Below the pieces are notes generated by a model, which was given only the letters and a program-made list of their open reading frames with translations, was not told the DNA's origin and did not search any database. From assembly GCF_009914755.1 (NCBI RefSeq), contig NC_060927.1: DNA of 64,000 nt. The stretch is one strand, 5' to 3'. This DNA comes from the human T2T-CHM13v2.0 reference genome, Homo sapiens. A program made the position numbers and the translations under genes. Of this stretch, positions 24,811-38,135 are shown piece after piece; within the stretch, counting starts at the first letter, position 1, and each line of letters begins with the position of its first letter.

Positions 24811-25069
24811 GTAAGTTAGATTATTTGGCTGTTTCCCACAGAGCTCTTGTGCTCTTCTCTTCTCCTCCCATCCTTTTTTCTCTCTCCACTTTAGCATTGC
24901 TATCTACTAATCTCATCTTCTGCTTTATCTAGTTTGCTATCAAATACACCTGATGAGTTCTTAATTTAATACAGCACATATTTGAGTTCCAAATGCCTTT
25001 TAAAACTTTTTTTGTAAGTTCTAGTTTCTGTGCCAGTTCTCCATTTTTTTTTTATCTTTTATTTTCTTC

Positions 25070-27440
25070 AACTTTTTAAAAAACTTTTGTGAGTACATAG
25101 TAGGTGTATGTATTTATGGGGTTCATGAGATGTTTTGATACAGGCATGCAATATATAATAATAGCATCTCATAAAGTGGGGTATCTATCCCCTCAGCCAT
25201 TTATCCTTTGTGTTACAAACGATCCAAAATACTTTTTTTAAGCTATTTTTAAATGTACAATTAAATTATTGACTGTAGTCACCCTGCTATCAAATACTAA
25301 GTCTCATTCATGATTTCTGTTTTTCTTTTTTCTGTACCCATTAACCATCCATACCTCCTTCCCCACCCTCTTACTACCCATCCCAACCTCTGGTAAACAT
25401 CCTTCTACTATCTATCTTCATGAGTTCAATTGTTTTAATTTCTAGATCCCATAAATAAGTGGGAACGTGTGATGTTTGCCCTTTCTGTGCCTGGCTTATT
25501 TCACTTACATAATGACCTCCAGTTCCATCCATTTTGTTGCAAATGACAGGATCTCATTCTTTTTTATGGCAGAATAGTGCTCCATTGTGCATAAGTACCA
25601 CATTTTCTTGATCCATTTATCTGCTAATGGACACTTAGGTTGCTTCCAAATTTTGGCTATTGCAAACAGTGCTGCAATAAACTTGGGAGTGCAGTGGGAT
25701 TGCTGGATCATATGGTAGCTTTTAGTTTTCTGAGGAACCATCAAACTGTTCTCTGTAGTGGGATGTACTCATTTACATTCCCACCAACAGTGTACAAGCA
25801 TTTTCTCCACGTCCTCACCAGCATTTGTTATTGCGTGTCTTTTGGATATAAGTTATTTTAACTGGAGTGAGATGATATCTCATAGTTTTGATTTGCATTT
25901 CTCTGATGATCAGTGATGTTAAGCACCTTTTCATATGCCTGTTTATCATTTGTATGTCTTCTTTTGAGAAATATCTGTTCAAATCTTTTGCCCATTTTAA
26001 TTGGATTATTAGACTTTTACCTATAGAGTTGTTTGAGTTCCTTATATATTATGGTTATTAATCCCTTGTCAGATGAGTAATTTGCAAATATTTTCTGCCA
26101 TTATGTGGGTTGTCTCTTCATTTTGTTTATTGTTTCCTTTGCTGTGCAGAAGCTTTTTAATTTGATGTGATCTCATTGCTTCATTTTTGCTTTGGTTGCC
26201 TGTGCTTGCGGGGTATTACTCAGTGAATTTTTGCTCAGACCAAAGTCCTGGAGAGTTTCCCCAACGTTTTCTTGTAGTAGTTTCATAATTTGAGGTCATA
26301 GATTTTTAAGTCTTTAATCCATTTTGATTTGATTTTTGTATATAGCAAGAGATAGGAGTCAAGTTTCATTCTTCTGCATATGGATATCCCGCTTTCCTAG
26401 CACCATTTTGAAGAGACTGTATTTTCCCCCCAATGTATGTTCTTGTCACTTTTATTGAAAATGAGTTCATTGTAGGTGTGTGGATTTGTTTCTGGGTTCT
26501 CTATTCTGTTCCATTGGTCTGTGTGTCTGTTTTTATGCCAGTACCATGCTGTTTTGGTTACTATAGCTGTGTAGTATAATTTGAAGTCAAATAATGTGAT
26601 TCCTCCAGTTTTATTCATTTTGCTTAGGATAGCTTTGGCTACTCTGGGTCTTTTGTGGTTCCATATAAATTTTAGCATTTCTTTTTCTATTTCTGTGAAG
26701 AATGTAATTGGTATTTTGATAGGAATTGCATTGAATTTGTACATTGCTTTGGGTAGTATAGCCATTTTAACAATATTGATTCTTCCAATCTACGAACATG
26801 GAAAGTCTTTCAATTTTTTGTCTTCTTCAATTTCTGTGTTTTACAGTTTTTCTTATATAAACCTTTTACTTCTTAAGTTAATTCCTAGGTATTTAAATTT
26901 ATGTGTGGCTATTATAAATGGGATTACTTTTTAAATTTATTTTTCATATTGTTCACTATTGACCTATAGAAACACTACTGATTTTTGTATGTTGATTTTG
27001 TATCCTGAAACTTTACTGAATTTGTTTATCAGTTTTAATAGCTTTTTGTGGAATCTTAAGGTTTATCATTAGCAAACAAAGATAATTTCACTTCTTCCTT
27101 TCCAATTTGGATGCCCTTTATACCTTTCTCTTTTCTGATTGCTCCAGCTAGGACTTCCAGTACTATGTTGAATAACAGTGGTAAAAGTGGGCATCCTTGT
27201 CATGTTCCAGATCTTAGAGGAAAGGCTGTTTTTTTTTCCATTCAGTATGATACTAGCTGTGGGTCTGTCATATATGCCTTTTATTATGTTGAGGTATGTT
27301 TCCTCTATACCAGGTTTTTTGAGAATTTTTTGATGAAGGGATGTTGAATTTTATCAAATACTTTTTTAGCATCAATTGAAATAATCATGTGGTTTTTGTT
27401 ATTCATTCTGTTGATGTGATGTAACACATTAATTGATTTG
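25070..27440 (-). mobile_element. 5'-truncated L1MA (L1MA2/3-like): decayed ORF2 C-terminus and 3'UTR
   Basis: ORF 26397-26765 gives [19 protein letters not shown]...[21 protein letters not shown] and ORF 25505-25744 gives FIAALFAIAKIWKQPKCP, both L1 ORF2 sequence; the frame is broken between them. Confidence 0.95.
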
Positions 27441-28428
27441 ATTCTTTAACATGTTAATGACAATTACTTTAAAGTCCTTGTTGCCACTCCAATGTATGGA
27501 TTATCCATGAGTCCATTTCTACGATCTTTATTTCTTTGATTATTGATCAAATTTTCTCGCCTCTTCATATGTCTGATAATTTTTTTGTATGCTCGTCATT
27601 GCATATAAAATGTTATGGAGGTGCTAATATTATTTTCCACAAGAGAAGGCTCTCCATTTCCTCTATTAGGCAGATAGAATGAGGAAATAATTACCTCAAT
27701 TCAATAAAAAATACGCACTCATATTTTATACATCAAGCAATGCCCACTGTCTCTTTGAAGTTTCCATAGCCAGGTAGCCTTCACTGCAATTTCTCTTATA
27801 CTAATTAATTAAATAAGTACCTTCATTAGTATGCAGTTCTCTTGTTTACTTATAGAATTAAAACAAAGAGAGATAGCTAATAAATTGGAAAGTGACTTTC
27901 TTATGTAAACAGAGGACTAATCTGACCTTGGTTTCCATTTATGACAGGTGCCATCTGGAGAGCCCTCTAGGTGAGGTGCAGGCATTGATTAGGTGAGATG
28001 TGGGAGAAGTTAGTGCAAATCCACCTCTGGCCATCTGGATCCCCACAGGGAAACCCCATACAGCAATCAGCACCAAGAGCCATTCACAGGAGCAGCAGGG
28101 AGGATGAACCTCTAAAAATATTTAAGCAGTCCTTCTTTAGAGAGCCTCTCTGATGCTGGGGCCCTCTTAGAAAGCTAGCTCCCTGCTGTTCATGGACTTT
28201 CAGTAATTTACTAACATAGTGGAGATTTTCATCAGGGAGCCAAGACTTGGAAAAGATATCTGAATTGGAAAAAAGAGACGTATTTCCAGTCAAGAAGGTT
28301 TGATTTCTGGCTCCTTTAATCAATACAAGTAAAATCCAGTGGGAGAGGCTGCTTGTGCTAATTTGATTGTTATCTTTGGCCAGTTCACAATAAAACCCAA
28401 TGGAATTGTTTGTGGGGGCTCCATGGTA

Positions 28429-28457
28429 TTTTATACCTTGTTAAGCAAGGTATAAAA
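28429..28457. repeat. 12-bp perfect inverted repeat, 5-nt spacer
   Basis: ttttataccttg-ttaag-caaggtataaaa. Confidence 0.9.
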
Positions 28458-30239
28458 ATTGCAGATGAGTTTCTCTCTATCCTGTAGCTGATACTGTTGT
28501 GCTGTTCTCCACATATTGTCCATATAATATGCCCCTTCTATTGGTCCACTGGGACCACAGTTTATGGTTCAAAAACAAGTGCTGTTGCATTAGGTGGTCT
28601 CTGTCTCCTATGGCCATTGTAGAAGGATAGGGAAGAAAGAGTGGTGGTCTGTGGCTAGCCCTGGATCTTACACCCACTAGAGAATGTGGAGCTGAAGCTG
28701 AGCTCCAAGAACCCAAGGGTAAAGGAGACAAGCACTAGAGACCTTGGCCCAGGAATGGAGGAAGGTCATGGCAGGGCAGCTCTGAGGAGGACAGTGTCCA
28801 TGAACCCTTGGCCACTAGTATTCTCTAACACTCTGATGTCAGGCATGGCCTCAGTCCTGAGCCACATCCGTGGGTGGATTTTTGCCCCTCTCCTCACTCC
28901 AGATCTTCCACGCTTGTGTTGTAATTATTGGTTCCCTTGTTCTCATTCTCTCTCCATTTGTACTTGTTTGTTGATGACCTTGGCTTTATTCCCTGCATTT
29001 GGTGTTGATCCAGCCTCTTGTTAAATTTCCTTAGAGTACCAATGTAGTCCCATCAGGGCCCTAGATCTTCGTTCACCCCCTGCCCACCAGGACTCACACA
29101 CAGAGCCTCTCCTGCTTTTCTTTGTGTCTCCTTTCGGCCTCAGTAAGCCTTTTACCTGAAGCTTGATATGTGCTCATCCCTAAACTGAATGCATGGGAGT
29201 AAGTAAAACAAAATTCCCACCGTTGAACAGCTAGTTAGACCTGAGGAGACAAAAGTTTCTCAATTTTTAACAAGATAGGACTGTATTTTAATTAAATACA
29301 GTGCTAAAGGGTGTGGGGCTAGAGAAGTCTGATGTGAAAAAAATTAATGCAATTTGAAGTGGGAAAAGCAGCAGATCTTGACTTGGGATATGTTTTCTGG
29401 TCCACTTTTGGACTTGGGCCAATGCCATCATCAGCTGGTAAGGTATGTGGCAAACAGCAATGGCAAAAGGCAAAATGATAACAAAATTGTAGAAAGGTGC
29501 CAACCCACACATGCCAGAATGGTGATAGCCAACACTCTCTAATGTAGGCAGCTTAGTCTGAACAATATTGTATACTTGATCTCATCTAAGAGTTAATATC
29601 TAAGTTCATTCGTACTACTGCTAATATTAGCACAATTATGATTCAGGAACCAGAGTTGACATTGATATTCAATATAATATACATGTTCTTGGAAAAAGAG
29701 CTTCCAGTTTAATCCACATTGAGGTTTTGTGGTTTCTCAGTGGAGTTTCCATGGGTCCCACGGTGTTAATAAGAATATGATATTTATGAGCAGATGAATA
29801 AACTGACCTATGGCTTTAAATCAAATTAGACATTTTTGCATGTGCAAGATACTTTGTTTAATTCTGAAAAAGAAATTGCAAGAAAAGTACTTGTGGCCAC
29901 AGATTTTATAATAATCTTCCTCCCACAAATCTAAAATAATCTTATGAAAAATTCAAAGCCTGGGTTCTAAAACACCTACCAGGCTTTCTTTAGGATGTGA
30001 CTCCTCTAGCAGGGAAGCCTTTCCTTAGTCCATATGCAAATGTTCATGGAGGCAGTTGGTCTCCACAGCCTCCTTCAAATCCCTTGGAACCTCTCCAGGC
30101 ACCTTGGAATCCACGCTTAATCTCTCTGGCTGGCTGCATAGTGCTTTATCATGCTTTCCCCATGTCACTGCTCCCTAAATAAGATCCACAGCACGCTGGT
30201 ATTTCCTAGTCAAGCATGGCTGTCTTTCCTGTCTCCTGA

Positions 30240-30430
30240 GTTTCTGTTCCACACCTGTTACCAGCTGTGTGATATTTGCTATGACATTTACTTTTGGTGC
30301 CTCAGTTTTCCCATTTGTCAAATTAAAACATTCCTCACTACGATTGAGAGTATTGCAAGGGTTATATATAAGTGTTTTTATAAGTGCAGTGTCTGGTTTA
30401 TTATTGGTACTCAGTAAATAGTAGCTCTAT
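30240..30430 (+). mobile_element. MIR fragment
   Basis: accagctgtgtga...gtgcctcagttttcccatttgtcaaatt...ggtactcagtaaat. Confidence 0.75.
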
Positions 30431-30442
30431 CAATAGTAGCTC

Positions 30443-30667
30443 TAATGATTAGGATGAAATGAGGGAGGCGCTTAGCTGCAAAATTTAAGGAGGCACCAAA
30501 AGAAACCACTCTAATATCAGAATAAATATTTAATGCAATATTTTAGAAAATAAAGATTAATGCAAAAATCCATGATAAACAAATGTCAAGATTTCAAATA
30601 AATACAAGATTAGCGTTACTGATTTTTCCTTTTGCCTCAGGCTGTAATAGACAGTAGCATGTCACTG
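30443..30667 (+). mobile_element. MER96B-like hAT MITE
   Basis: gcaaaatttaaggaggcaccaaaa...aatgcaaaaatccatgataaac...ttactgatttttccttttgcctcaggct...cactg matches the recalled consensus. Confidence 0.8.
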
Positions 30668-32924
30668 AGGGTGATGAATAACTACACATTCATGCCTATT
30701 TCTGACCCACCGAGAAGTTCCTTTTCCCTCTGTCACTTACTAGGGATATGAAAATGAGATGGAATGGGGTGGGAGACTGTCCATCTTGCAGAGATGGTTT
30801 CACTAAGCTGTTGGGCTTGCTGAGGAAATAGCACTCAGAAAGCCCTGCATGTGTCCAGAAGCAGACAGATCTGAGTTGAGACTGAATAACTAACTGGTGT
30901 GAGCCCAGGCCAAGGCCTGATTAGATGGTGTGGAAACAGGGCCTGGGGGTCAGGAGAGGCAGGTGTGCTGGCAGCTGGTGTGGTTAGCACAGGCATGAGG
31001 GGTGCCAATGGGAGCTGCTGGCCAGGGCTGCATTTCGACGGGGCAGCCTTTCCCCTTCCCCCATCCTGTCCCCTTTTCGTTTTGGGTTTATGGTAATCCA
31101 ATTACAGGAATGGATTTGAGTCCCATGAAATATGAATTTAATTCATTCATCTGTGCTTCCAGCAGTTTTGAAAAGGAGAAAAGGAAGATGGTTTAAATAA
31201 TGCTGGGGATTCCATCCACCATCCCACTCAGAGTGAGCTTGCAAGGCGGCGGTGGGAGGCTCGGTCTGGCTCTCCTCTCCGTGGGTCTCAGTTCCCACAT
31301 ACCTACTACAGTGTGAGAACCTTGCAAAGCTAAGTACGCTCCTTGTGTTTGTTACTTGTGTGTGCATACTGAGACTGTACATCATGTTAACTTTATGTGA
31401 GCCCCTTCCTCTGGCATTCAGCAGAGAACCACTGACCTTGTCCGGTGGTGGAGGAGAGATGTTGGCTGATTCTGTATGTACCTTCTGGGCAATCTAAGGG
31501 ATTTCCTGGAGGTAACTTGAACTATCCATGATTTTCACAGCACGTGCTGATCTAGAACTAGCCTTTAGATTTGCTGTTTTATGCATCCATCTACTCATCT
31601 AACTGCCAACAGTTATTGAGTGAAGAGTCTTGGTTCAATACTGTGCCAGCTGCAGTGATGCCAAGTCTAGTAAGATGTAGCACCAGCTGCAGGAGTTCAT
31701 ATTCCAGGGGGAATAACCACACGTGAATGCCTGATTTCAGAGTGAGTAGTGTTGGGAGCATGGTTCTGGGAGGTGATGACATCTCTTCTTTCCTAAGTCT
31801 TTGAATGTGTCCCATGAGTGTCCTGTGCTTCCTCAAGGGAATAGCTGTGAGCTGCCTGATTGCCCTAGGCCATTGCATGGCCTGTGTGACCATGCTTCTG
31901 GCATCATTGCCCCTGGTATCATTGCCCCTGGCATCCTTTTCTCTTTGCCCAGTATTCCAAGGCTCAGGTCGCCTCTGCTCCTGCAGCCTGCCTTACTTCT
32001 TCAGCCTGCTGTGAACACCTTCCATGCTGGGCTGAGTAAGGAGGCTGTAGCCTGGTAGGTGAGACAAGCCCAAGAAAGCAGGAGCCATGCTGCTTGTGCA
32101 GGGCCTGGGACGCTATGTGGGAGACAGGCAGCTGTTCTTGCAATGTGTGGGGGTCCTCCGGGGCCCAGTTCCCGCCATTTGGCCAGCTCTCCACAGCACC
32201 TGCTGTCTGCTTTATTCTACTCTGCCTGGATCAGAGCCAATGCTTTGCCTCCATCAGGGCTTCCAGAGTTTCAAAGTTAACAGAATTTTCCTAATACGAA
32301 CAATCAGAGTATTACAATTTGGCTCCAGAAGGCCATCAAAGAGTCAGTTATGTTACTTGCCCAGCACATGTTTCCAGTGATGGCAAAGACGGAGCTGGCT
32401 GTGTTTGTGCCCAGTTACTGGCTTGATTGTTGGAAGCTGCATTCTCTATTATGCTAACACATCAGAGAAACATGGATGATACCATCAGTCCCCCTAGAAG
32501 TTGATCCAAATAGCATTTGTTTTGCAGACTTTCTCAAATATTTAGATGTTTGGAATACAAAGACTTTTTAAATGTAATTTTTTGGCCTCATGCACACAGA
32601 AGCCTTGTTGACTTTATTTTTGCATCAATGTAAATGTTTTCCTTTTACTAATATTTAACTAATGTGCAGTGTTACAGATAGCTAAATAAATAATAAACAT
32701 GGAATGGACTTGTCTTGGACAAATTTTGGCTGTGACATTGAAGAAAGATTTCTTTCTCCTTAATGTTCATAGGAGGAATATTTCCTATCTATTGTACTTA
32801 TCCAGCCATGCTATTTTCTGTTCTTTCCTGAAGCCCCATTTTCTGATTCCAAGTGTTGATCTTTAAAACTGACCTTGGTAAGTCATTGCCTGCTTTGAAT
32901 AGATTTCCTTCTTTATTCCTGTTT

Positions 32925-33390
32925 ATTGTGCAAGTAATTCATGGGCATTTTACAAAAAAAATTAGATAGTTCAGATAAACAAATTCAGAAAAGAATTTAA
33001 AATCACCAATAATCTCTTCACCCAGAAATAATGAATGTGAGTGTTTTATTTGGTATTAATCTGTTCAGATATATTTATTTGCTATTTATTCAATAAATAT
33101 TTATTGAATTCCTATTTTGTACTCAATACATGGAATCATCCTATCCATATTCTCTGAGACCTGCTCATTTCTTCTAGATGTGTGTATTTTTCCAAGTCAA
33201 TAAATTTATGTTTACATTGTCTTTTAAAGTGTTTTTCAGTTGTAAGTTTATATTGGCATGTCTTATTTTTAAGTTTCTGTTGTTATAAATTTTTGTTGTT
33301 ATAAAAATTGCTGCAACAAAAAAGTTCTTGTAAATATTTCTTTGCATGCTTATCTGATCAGTTTGGAAAGATTTTCATATGTATTTATTT
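32925..33390 (-). mobile_element. Ancient L1ME-type fragment
   Basis: AT-rich; aaaatcaccaataatctcttcacccagaaata...tgttataaaaattgctgcaac. Confidence 0.55.
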
Positions 33391-33534
33391 CCAAACTACA
33401 AAAGAAGCTGTAGCATCCACTTGTATTGCTCCCACAAAAGTGCATCAGCACTCATGAGTCACTAATAATGAAATTGCTGTCTCGGCAATGGGTCTTCACC
33501 CACGCTGTTGCCCTTGTCCAGACGTTGCTTCATG

Positions 33535-33775
33535 AGGCTCACATTTGATTGTCCTTCAGTTTCAATTTAAATGTGACATTCTGAGAATGTCTTTCCTGGC
33601 CTTCCCTCAGACTAGGTGTGTATTATTACTGTTGCCACCCACAGTCATCCATAACACCTACACTTCTGTTCTATTAAGATTACTGAACACAAGGATCCTG
33701 TATCTTTGGCTTATTACCGTCTTTCCAGCCTATTTGCATGGTATTTGGCCCGTAAATATTTGTTGAATGAATAAA
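33535..33775 (+). mobile_element. L2 3' end
   Basis: tccttcagtttcaatttaaatgtgaca...gtaaatatttgttgaatgaataa. Confidence 0.7.
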
Positions 33776-33879
33776 AGTAACTGTTTGCGGTAGGAAACTT
33801 ATGCTTGTCTTTTATTTTCATTTCTATCTTTTGGGAGATTTCTGTACCCTGCCATGAACTAGGAGGTGTTGGTTTTATT

Positions 33880-34270
33880 CTTTGTGTTGGTGTGAAGACT
33901 CTTTCTGTCATAAATAAGATGAGAAAATATTGACTCATGTAACTGAAAATTCCAGAGGTAGAGCTGGCTTTAGACATGGCTGCATTTGTGTGTTCCATGT
34001 TCCCAGAAATTCATCTTTCCATTTCTAGGGCTGGCCTGCCTTGTTGTCTGGCAGGCGCTCCTCTCTGATCAGAGGAATGGCCCATATTTACATCTTGCTC
34101 TTTCCTGATAATTTCCAGGTTTACATCTTGCTCTTTCCTGATAATTCCATCAAACATCCTAGGAAGGACTCTGAATGGCCTGACTAGGGTCACAGGCTCC
34201 TCCATGAACCTCCTGCTGTGTCCAGGGTTATGATGTCCTCTGGACACTGCATCCCACAGGAGACCAGAAG
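33880..34270. mobile_element. MaLR LTR (MLT1K-like) containing a 33-bp tandem duplication
   Basis: tattgactcatgtaactgaaaattccagaggtagagctggctttagacatggctg; tttacatcttgctctttcctgataatt repeated at 34087 and 34120. Confidence 0.7.
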
Positions 34271-35059
34271 GAAAGAGAGGAAGACTAAATTGATTACTCC
34301 CACCATCCACTGCACTCCCCAACTGTTGTGAGGTCTTCAGCATGCTAGACTTCCTGGAGCTTTGCTTTGTTGTTGATGATGATGTTCATGTAGAAAATTT
34401 GAAAAGCAACACTGGCTTCATTGTTGTGAGGACCCAGTGGAATAATGGATATGAAATTACTTTGTCAATTATAAAACAACTTTAAACAAGAAGGGCCCTT
34501 TTATATTCTAGATCTGGTAGTCCCTTTGTCTTTGTGCTTCAGATGCACCTGAATGGCCTGTGTGTTCTGGGGGTTACAGTGAGCATCAGTAGAGGGGTGG
34601 AATCTGAGCTGGGGCAGACGGCGGTCCTCCCAACCACCTGCAAAGGGGCATGTCACCATGGTCAGAGGATAAACAGGTTGCTGGCCTCAGCAGGCAGGTT
34701 GCTTCCACAGGCCCTCCTGGAAAGACCCAGGGACCCACCCCAGAGGGCTCTGAGCTTGAGCCATGGTGCTGTTAACCTAGAAGCCTGGTTAGGGAGCAAT
34801 GTTTTCAGGAGTCTATAATCCTTGACTGGCATTTTGTCTACATAATGACAAGTATTGTGGTATCAGAGTTAGGCCTGTCACACCTCCTCTGCTGGAGTTT
34901 TGGTGGATGTCTTGCTTTAGGAAGTGGTCTCAGCAGAGCCGAGGAGCCAGCAGCAAAGGGTAGGGGGAGGTGGCTATTCTCTTCCAGGACATGAAACCTT
35001 GAACTGCAGACCACCAGCTCTTCCAACTTCATTTTTCTCTACCGCAGATGACCATCCTG

Positions 35060-35215
35060 CCCACTATGTGCTATGTGACCAGACCAACTGCTGAATCTCT
35101 CTGAACCTCAGAATCCATTCTCTGTAAAACTATCCCAAATGTGCATTTTAAAATGAGAGAATACACAGATGCTACCTGGCCTAGTGCTTAGTAGTACATA
35201 GCATATACTTAATAA
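35060..35215 (+). mobile_element. MIR fragment
   Basis: tgctatgtgacc...aatctctctgaacctcag...tctgtaaaac...tacttaataa. Confidence 0.6.
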
Positions 35216-35924
35216 GGGGTTATCTCTCCCTGGCCTCATCCTTCTCACAACTCACCTCAGGGCTCTTTGGTTCTTGTGTCCTAACATAAGCCTGGTTCTT
35301 CCTACATGCTTTGACTGCTGGGCCCTTTTTCCTGGCTGCTGTGACCTTGCATGAGAGTTTTGTTGAGTTCTGGCAGGATGGGTAAGTGTCTGGCAGGGGT
35401 CGGGGGGGATTGAATTGCTGACACCAGGGTCCCAGTGACAGGCAGTGGGTGTGGGGTGAGAGTGGGGCTGTGAGGGAAAGGACCCCAGATCTGGGGTGCC
35501 GAATGGTCCTAGTCAGGAAATTGAGACCAGGGAACCCTCTGGGAGACCTGAAGGCCATTGCAATACTTCACTGGAGAAAACCTGAGATTCTAATTGTGCT
35601 GGAGGTGTGCAGGAAACCCTGAAGAAGGCAAAGCTGACTGTGGCTGGAGGCTGACAAGGCTGGGCACTGCCTGAGTAAGGTGCACAAGGAAGATGGACGG
35701 GAGGGTGCTCTCTATGGTCCAGTGCGTGGTTGGCTCCTGCTTTCTCTCTGTGAGGCAGTACAGAGCGGGTCCAGAGTGAGTGCTCAAAAAGCACTTGCAA
35801 GGAGAATGCCAAGAGAAGGGAGGAAGGAAGGGAGAGGGAAACAGGTGATAGCAATTGAGTAAGAAGCTGTGTGTATGAAAGAAAGGGGAGGGAGCAGGGA
35901 GAGAAGAAATAAAGAATATTACTA

Positions 35925-36340
35925 TGTGTATCAGTAAGGATGCTTTCACTGCAAGCAACAGAAAATTCAATAAAAACATGTATTTATCTTCCAGGACAGG
36001 CTGTCCAGAGCTTGGTGGCGATGCCGTCAAGGTCCCCAGCATTCTCTTCCTGCCTTCGACTCTTAGCCTGTGTATTTGCTGTGCCCCAGGGAGTCAGGAC
36101 TGTTGTAGCAGCTCCAGATAATGCATCGATGTTGCAGGGAAGAAGGGGCAAAGGGGACCCAAGGAAGAGGGATGACCAGCAAAATCTTTCCCAGACTCCC
36201 CAGTGGACTTCTCTTTCTAACTCATGGGCAGAACTGCATCTCATCGACTCTCCCAGCTGCAAGGAAGGAGAGTCATTAGGTTTTGCAGCCTCCACAGTGA
36301 GGCAGGCAAATAGGAAGGGTTGGAAATGTGTAGAAGGTGA
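35925..36340. mobile_element. MaLR LTR (old MLT1J/N-like)
   Basis: tgtatcagtaaggatgctttcactgcaagcaacagaaaa...tttcccagactccccagtggactt...ggcagaactg...agctgcaaggaagg. Confidence 0.7.
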
Positions 36341-37813
36341 GCTAGAGCAAGTTCCATAGATCCTGCTGGGTAAGCCTGGGTGCCTGAGGCATGGAAGGTT
36401 GAATTAACACAGTGAGGAAGGTCAGAAAGCAGGAGGGACTTTAGAGGGAAACTGATGAGCCTGAAATTTCAAGGTGTATCTGAATAGAAACAGCAGTGGT
36501 GCTGGAAATGCAGCTTGGAGGTATGGCTGGACACAGAGACATGGGAGTGGCTGTTACAACTATGGATGATAGCAGCTTTAGGGGGAAGAGGGCTGTCTTG
36601 GCCCAGGCAGCAGGAGGGAGCCAGAGGAAGTGTCAGCATCATGGAGGCCAAGGGAGGAGGGCCTGCTCAATGGATGGATGAGCCAAGGAGCAGCTATAGG
36701 GAGAGACAGCCAGGAGAGCATCATCCACCAAGGAGGATGTGGTGGGGTCACAGAACCAGTAGGAAAACCAGGTCTCTTCAGGCAAACAGTTATCATGTAC
36801 TTTCTGTACACCAGGAATTAATCCCAGAAACATGCCAGAGAGCCTTGTTGGGAATCCATGAATCTAATTGTGAGTGAGAGAAAGCCCATATGGGCCTGAA
36901 GCTCTGGAGCCTAGGGCTGGGGGTGAAGTCTGCAGGCTGTGCTGCCCTGTCCCAGCCACATGTGGTGACAGCAGAGCTTGGCATGGAGAGAAGGCCTAGC
37001 TACTTGTTCCGGCTCTTTGTTTTGGCTCACAAGGATCCGGAGTTTGTCGCTGGAAGTGTGGGAATAGAAAGCAGTGCGTGGAGACAGGGACACATGTGGG
37101 TGATATGGAAATAAGGCCGTTTGGGTGCCAAATATTGAAATATCTCTTTTCTGAGGCTTTTTCAATCCAAATATATAAACTGCATATATGAACACACAAT
37201 GCTACATCACAGAAAATCCAGTGCTTAGATCTCAAGTTTTAATTTAAGAAAATCAAATTGCAAAACCCTAAAAATAATCAGAAACATAAATAGCAAAGAA
37301 GGCCTGTCATAATCACCAAACTAAAAACCATAACTAAAAAAAAAATAAGATGCTGTAGAAATGTACTAGTTGAATATATAAGCTGACTCCTCCAGATGTC
37401 ACTAGCCAGCGTTAGAGGTGGGGGCAGCCTCCACCTCTTGAATGCCCACATCACTGTAGTTTAAGCCTTCTTTTAACTGAAGGTCAGAGCTCAGCCCTGT
37501 GTCACATCTTCCTCCCCAGGTATTTCTGCAACTCCCCAGGGAATCTGGACATTACACCAACTATGTAAGTCATCCCTTGTTCCCTTTGTTCTGGCTTCTT
37601 TCTGAACAGAAAGCTACTTCCTTCTGACTACTATTGTATTCCTTGATGCCATTTTCCAATTCCATAGCCAAGAGGACCTCAGGTCTGTTGCTGACCTATT
37701 GGTCTGCCATTGTCAGGGGTGGCACTGAGACTAGGTCAGTGTTGCCCTTTGGGGAACCTTGAGTTAGAGAAGTAATGTCGAGAGCCTGTGATGGCAGGGA
37801 GGATGCAATTTTA

Positions 37814-38121
37814 TTTTATTTTATTTTATTTATCTATTTATTTTTCAGACAGAGCCTCACTCTGTCACCCAGGCTGCAGTGCAGTGGTACTATTTTGCCT
37901 CACAGCAACCTCTACCTCCCGGGTTCAAGTATGCCTCAGACTCTCCAGAAGCTGGAGAGTACAGGTGCATGCTACCATGCCTGGCAAATTTTTGTGTTTT
38001 TAGTAGAGACGGAGTTTCACTATGTTGGCCAGGCTGGTCTCAAACTCCTAGTCTTAAATAATCCACCCACCTTGGCCTCCAAAATTGTTGAGATTACAGG
38101 CATGGGACACTGTACCCAGCC
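37814..38121 (-). mobile_element. Diverged full-length Alu (AluJ-like) with 14-bp TSD
   Basis: (TTTTA)n tail, CpG-decayed body; TSD aggatgcaatttta at 37800-37813 and 38122-38135. Confidence 0.9.
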
Positions 38122-38135
38122 AGGATGCAATTTTA

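Noticed and set aside
26397-26765. 122-aa ORF with clear protein similarity
   Set aside because: It is a fragment of L1 ORF2 in a truncated, frame-disrupted L1MA, not a host gene
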